In this document: positions 14,311-16,625 of the stretch, in pieces | Layout: every line of letters begins with the position of its first letter | Position numbering within the stretch: the stretch's first letter is position 1 | Source of the DNA: a virus | Reading direction: 5' to 3' (one strand) | DNA length: 16,625 nucleotides | Virus genome (UHGV): UHGV-1607792 | Program-made: the position numbers and the translations under genes | Notes under the pieces: model-generated | Told to the model about the DNA's origin: nothing | The model's input: the letters and a program-made list of their open reading frames with translations, nothing else | Database searches by the model: none

Positions 14311-16625
14311 TTATCGTATGATGAATGGTTTGTTGGTATCTTCAATAATCATTGAGCCGATGCCATGTAACTCTTGAGTAACCTCGACAGATACGTCTTG
14401 TGCAGTGTTGTACGAGCACTTGAATGCTGCAACTCGACTAAATGCGTCAATGTCTGAGTAACTGAGTTCATCGACTTGCATTGAGATTTCACCAATTGCT
14501 GGCGTAGTCTTTGATGGTGTCATTGTGATGTCATGCAGCCAGCCCGGATTGCCAACTATGACTGCTGTCAATGATTCGCCATCAATTGGGTTGATGATTT
14601 CATAGTTGAAGCTTAAAGTCTTTGCAGTATCATCAGTTGTTGCCGATGCAGGTGTAATGTTGATTGTTGTTACGCCCTTAGCAGCTTGAACAACTTGTGC
14701 TGTGACATCTTGAGCATTGATGTGAGAGAACTTAACTGAACAACTGCGTTGTTCTGTCGTCAAGTTGCGGTCACATTCAATAGTCAAGTAGCCCCTGCCA
14801 GTATTATCGTCATATTCGAAGTTTGTATCGGTAAATGTGCCATCATTGTCAAGCACTGCATATGACAACTGCTGGCCTGCAATTGGGTTGCCAACAGTAA
14901 TTTCGAACTGTACTTGAGTATCTGTCGACTTCAATTGAGCATTCATTGGTTCGACAGTTATCGTTGACATGCCTTGAGCTGCTTGTGTGATGCTGACCGT
15001 TACATTGTCAGCAGTCATGTATGACAGTCTCAAGTATAAGTTACGAGTAGCTGTTGCAGTGTTGATGTCAAGCGCAAATTGTATTGTGCCGGCTGACATA
15101 TTAACTACAGGTTCGCCAACAAAGCCAGAGCCCTCTGTCGTAACTGTCAGTGTTTCACCTTCAATAGGGTTGATGATGCTAAAGTTAACTGTGAACGAAC
15201 CGCCATTAGCTGCTGCGTTGATTGTCAATGGTTCGGCATTGATGACTGTAGCTTCTTTAGCAGCTTGAGTAAGCAAGACTGCTACATTGTCAGCAGTTGG
15301 ATATTGCAGTACAATATTTGCTGTACGAGCAGTTGTTTGCAATGTCTTGTCATAATCAAATGTAATCTTGTCATCAGCAACTTGAACGTTGTGAATCCAG
15401 CTTTCTGTTGCATATGCAGTGACTGCTGCACCAGCAAAGCCATTACGAATTTGATATGCAATTTCAGCTGAACCACCTGCTGCATTGAGTGACATAGAGC
15501 TTGTAACAATGATTTCTGGCCTTGTTGAAACACCTGTACTGTATTGAACTACAGATGCAATTACACGAGGCTCAAATATGACAGCATTTGCAGAGCCGCC
15601 AAATGTAGGTGTTGCAATCACATAGATTGGCCAAACTCCACTTGATGCGACATTACGTAAGATTGCTTGATAATGCAGTTCATTGCATGCATCTTGCAAT
15701 TCACTCCACGTTTTTGTAGTGTCAATTGATGTCAAGCATGCTGGCAATACTGCGCATGTTGATGGCTTATCCGCATCAATGGGCATTGCATTGCCACCTG
15801 CTATTGGCTTGTAGCTCAAGTCAACTTTGACTGATGCATAGCCATTGCCATACACAATGAATGGTATAGTGATATCGAACAAAATATCGACTGTTGCAGG
15901 CATGTTCAGATATGCAGGCAGCGGTATGAGTGTTTGCATTGCTGTCGTGCCTGGTACGTGGTCATCGAATGATTCAACATACACAGGTGGTGTCAAGTCA
16001 TCTTTATGCGCATATTCTGCGTGAGTGTGGTCTGAATGCGACACTGTGCTTGCATAACCAGAACCACCAAAGTTCTTATTAAATGCAGAGCCCTTTGCTT
16101 CTTCAGTTAATCTGCCAGAGCCATCATATGACAATACTGTATTTGATGCACCGACACCTGCTGCAAGATGATTTGAGCCATCAATGAAGACATGTTTGTA
16201 TTGACGTTCAAACAAATGAGCATCAAAATTGTCAAATATCGAATTGAACAACTTTTTGACTGCAGATGCTGTAGGCAGATGTTTGTTTGCATTTGCGCCA
16301 TCGATAATGATGCTTGACCAATTGTCTGAGCTCTTGAAGATGCTAAGAAGCATATCAACAACTTTGCCAGTAGCATCTGTGCCAAGAACACTTGCACCAG
16401 GCAATTTCATCAATTGTAAGTCGACTGTTGCAGCAAGTTTAAGCAGCTGTTTTGTCAATGTCAGAATGTCTGTGACAGCACCAGCATCTGACAATGCAGC
16501 AATGCGATATGACTGATTGATGAGTTGCGCAAACTTATACGCACGAATGAATGACTCTCGCTTTGCTTCTGCATCCAAGCCTTTTGCCAAGAACAACTCA
16601 TCATATTTCAGATTTGCATATGACA
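14311..16625 (-). CDS. large repeat protein with four tandem BACON-like/Ig-like domains at the C-terminus; 5' end lies beyond window end
   Basis: The frame is open to the last base of the window; the track's start at 16596 is a TTG and upstream codons continue in frame. TAA at 14311-14313. Four homologous 50-100 aa repeats, each ending (T/N)A(D/Q)(D/N)V(T/S/A)V.(V/I/L)TQ(A/E)(A/L).G, with internal NPI(E/A/D)G and R-T/S-A motifs. Confidence 0.8.
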   Translation of the reverse strand, partial: SYANLKYDELFLAKGLDAEAKRESFIRAYKFAQLINQSYRIAALSDAGAVTDILTLTKQLLKLAATVDLQLMKLPGASVLGTDATGKVVDMLLSIFKSSDNWSSIIIDGANANKHLPTASAVKKLFNSIFDNFDAHLFERQYKHVFIDGSNHLAAGVGASNTVLSYDGSGRLTEEAKGSAFNKNFGGSGYASTVSHSDHTHAEYAHKDDLTPPVYVESFDDHVPGTTAMQTLIPLPAYLNMPATVDILFDITIPFIVYGNGYASVKVDLSYKPIAGGNAMPIDADKPSTCAVLPACLTSIDTTKTWSELQDACNELHYQAILRNVASSGVWPIYVIATPTFGGSANAVIFEPRVIASVVQYSTGVSTRPEIIVTSSMSLNAAGGSAEIAYQIRNGFAGAAVTAYATESWIHNVQVADDKITFDYDKTLQTTARTANIVLQYPTADNVAVLLTQAAKEATVINAEPLTINAAANGGSFTVNFSIINPIEGETLTVTTEGSGFVGEPVVNMSAGTIQFALDINTATATRNLYLRLSYMTADNVTVSITQAAQGMSTITVEPMNAQLKSTDTQVQFEITVGNPIAGQQLSYAVLDNDGTFTDTNFEYDDNTGRGYLTIECDRNLTTEQRSCSVKFSHINAQDVTAQVVQAAKGVTTINITPASATTDDTAKTLSFNYEIINPIDGESLTAVIVGNPGWLHDITMTPSKTTPAIGEISMQVDELSYSDIDAFSRVAAFKCSYNTAQDVSVEVTQELHGIGSMIIEDTNKPFIIR
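14362..15405 (-). repeat. tandem array of four protein-level repeats (BACON-like beta-sandwich modules) inside the 761-aa CDS
   Basis: Approximate residues 398-745 of the track protein. Repeat ends: ...NVAVLLTQAAKE / ...NVTVSITQAAQG / ...DVTAQVVQAAKG / ...DVSVEVTQELHG. Repeat starts: ATVINAEP / MSTITVEP / VTTINITP. Diverged at nucleotide level. Confidence 0.6.

Noticed and set aside
1-16625. Diversity-generating retroelement targeting the BACON-like genes
   Set aside because: No reverse transcriptase-like ORF and no near-identical template/variable repeat pair noticed in this window. Cannot exclude components outside the window.
1-16625. Alternative genetic code (stop-codon reassignment)
   Set aside because: TAA, TGA and TAG all terminate well-supported genes at tightly coupled junctions, so the standard code fits.

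Overview
This 16.6 kb window is a gene-dense, strictly unidirectional block: every gene I can support is on the minus strand, 16 CDS in all, two of them cut by the window edges. Coding density is high, with stop/start spacings of 1-17 nt inside operon-like runs, and all three standard stop codons are used, so the standard genetic code applies. I recognise only three products from sequence. One is a sigma-70 family sigma factor (10403..11299), with clear region 2 and region 4 signatures. The other two are large proteins at opposite ends of the window that carry BACON-like / Ig-like beta-sandwich repeats (14311..16625, and a partial gene at 1..332 that the ORF track does not list). The remaining proteins are acidic, Asp/Asn/Val/Thr-rich and have no motif I can name. 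Five intergenic gaps (about 50-170 bp) hold the non-coding signal: hairpin terminators on the minus strand, a 2.5-copy tandem 30-bp repeat built from stacked palindromes, and a palindrome-rich leader. No gene has a Shine-Dalgarno sequence; leaders are A-rich. Together with the BACON-like repeats and phage-like packing, this suggests a segment of a virus or prophage of a Bacteroidota-type host, but that is inference; I cannot name a family. The most interesting candidate is the virus-encoded sigma factor, transcriptionally insulated by its own AT-rich promoter region and terminator, sharing a 12-nt motif with the tandem-repeat region upstream of the next operon. Several ORF-track starts are TTG/GTG artefacts; I give the first in-frame ATG instead. 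My coordinates for non-coding features are read by eye and may be off by 1-2 nt.
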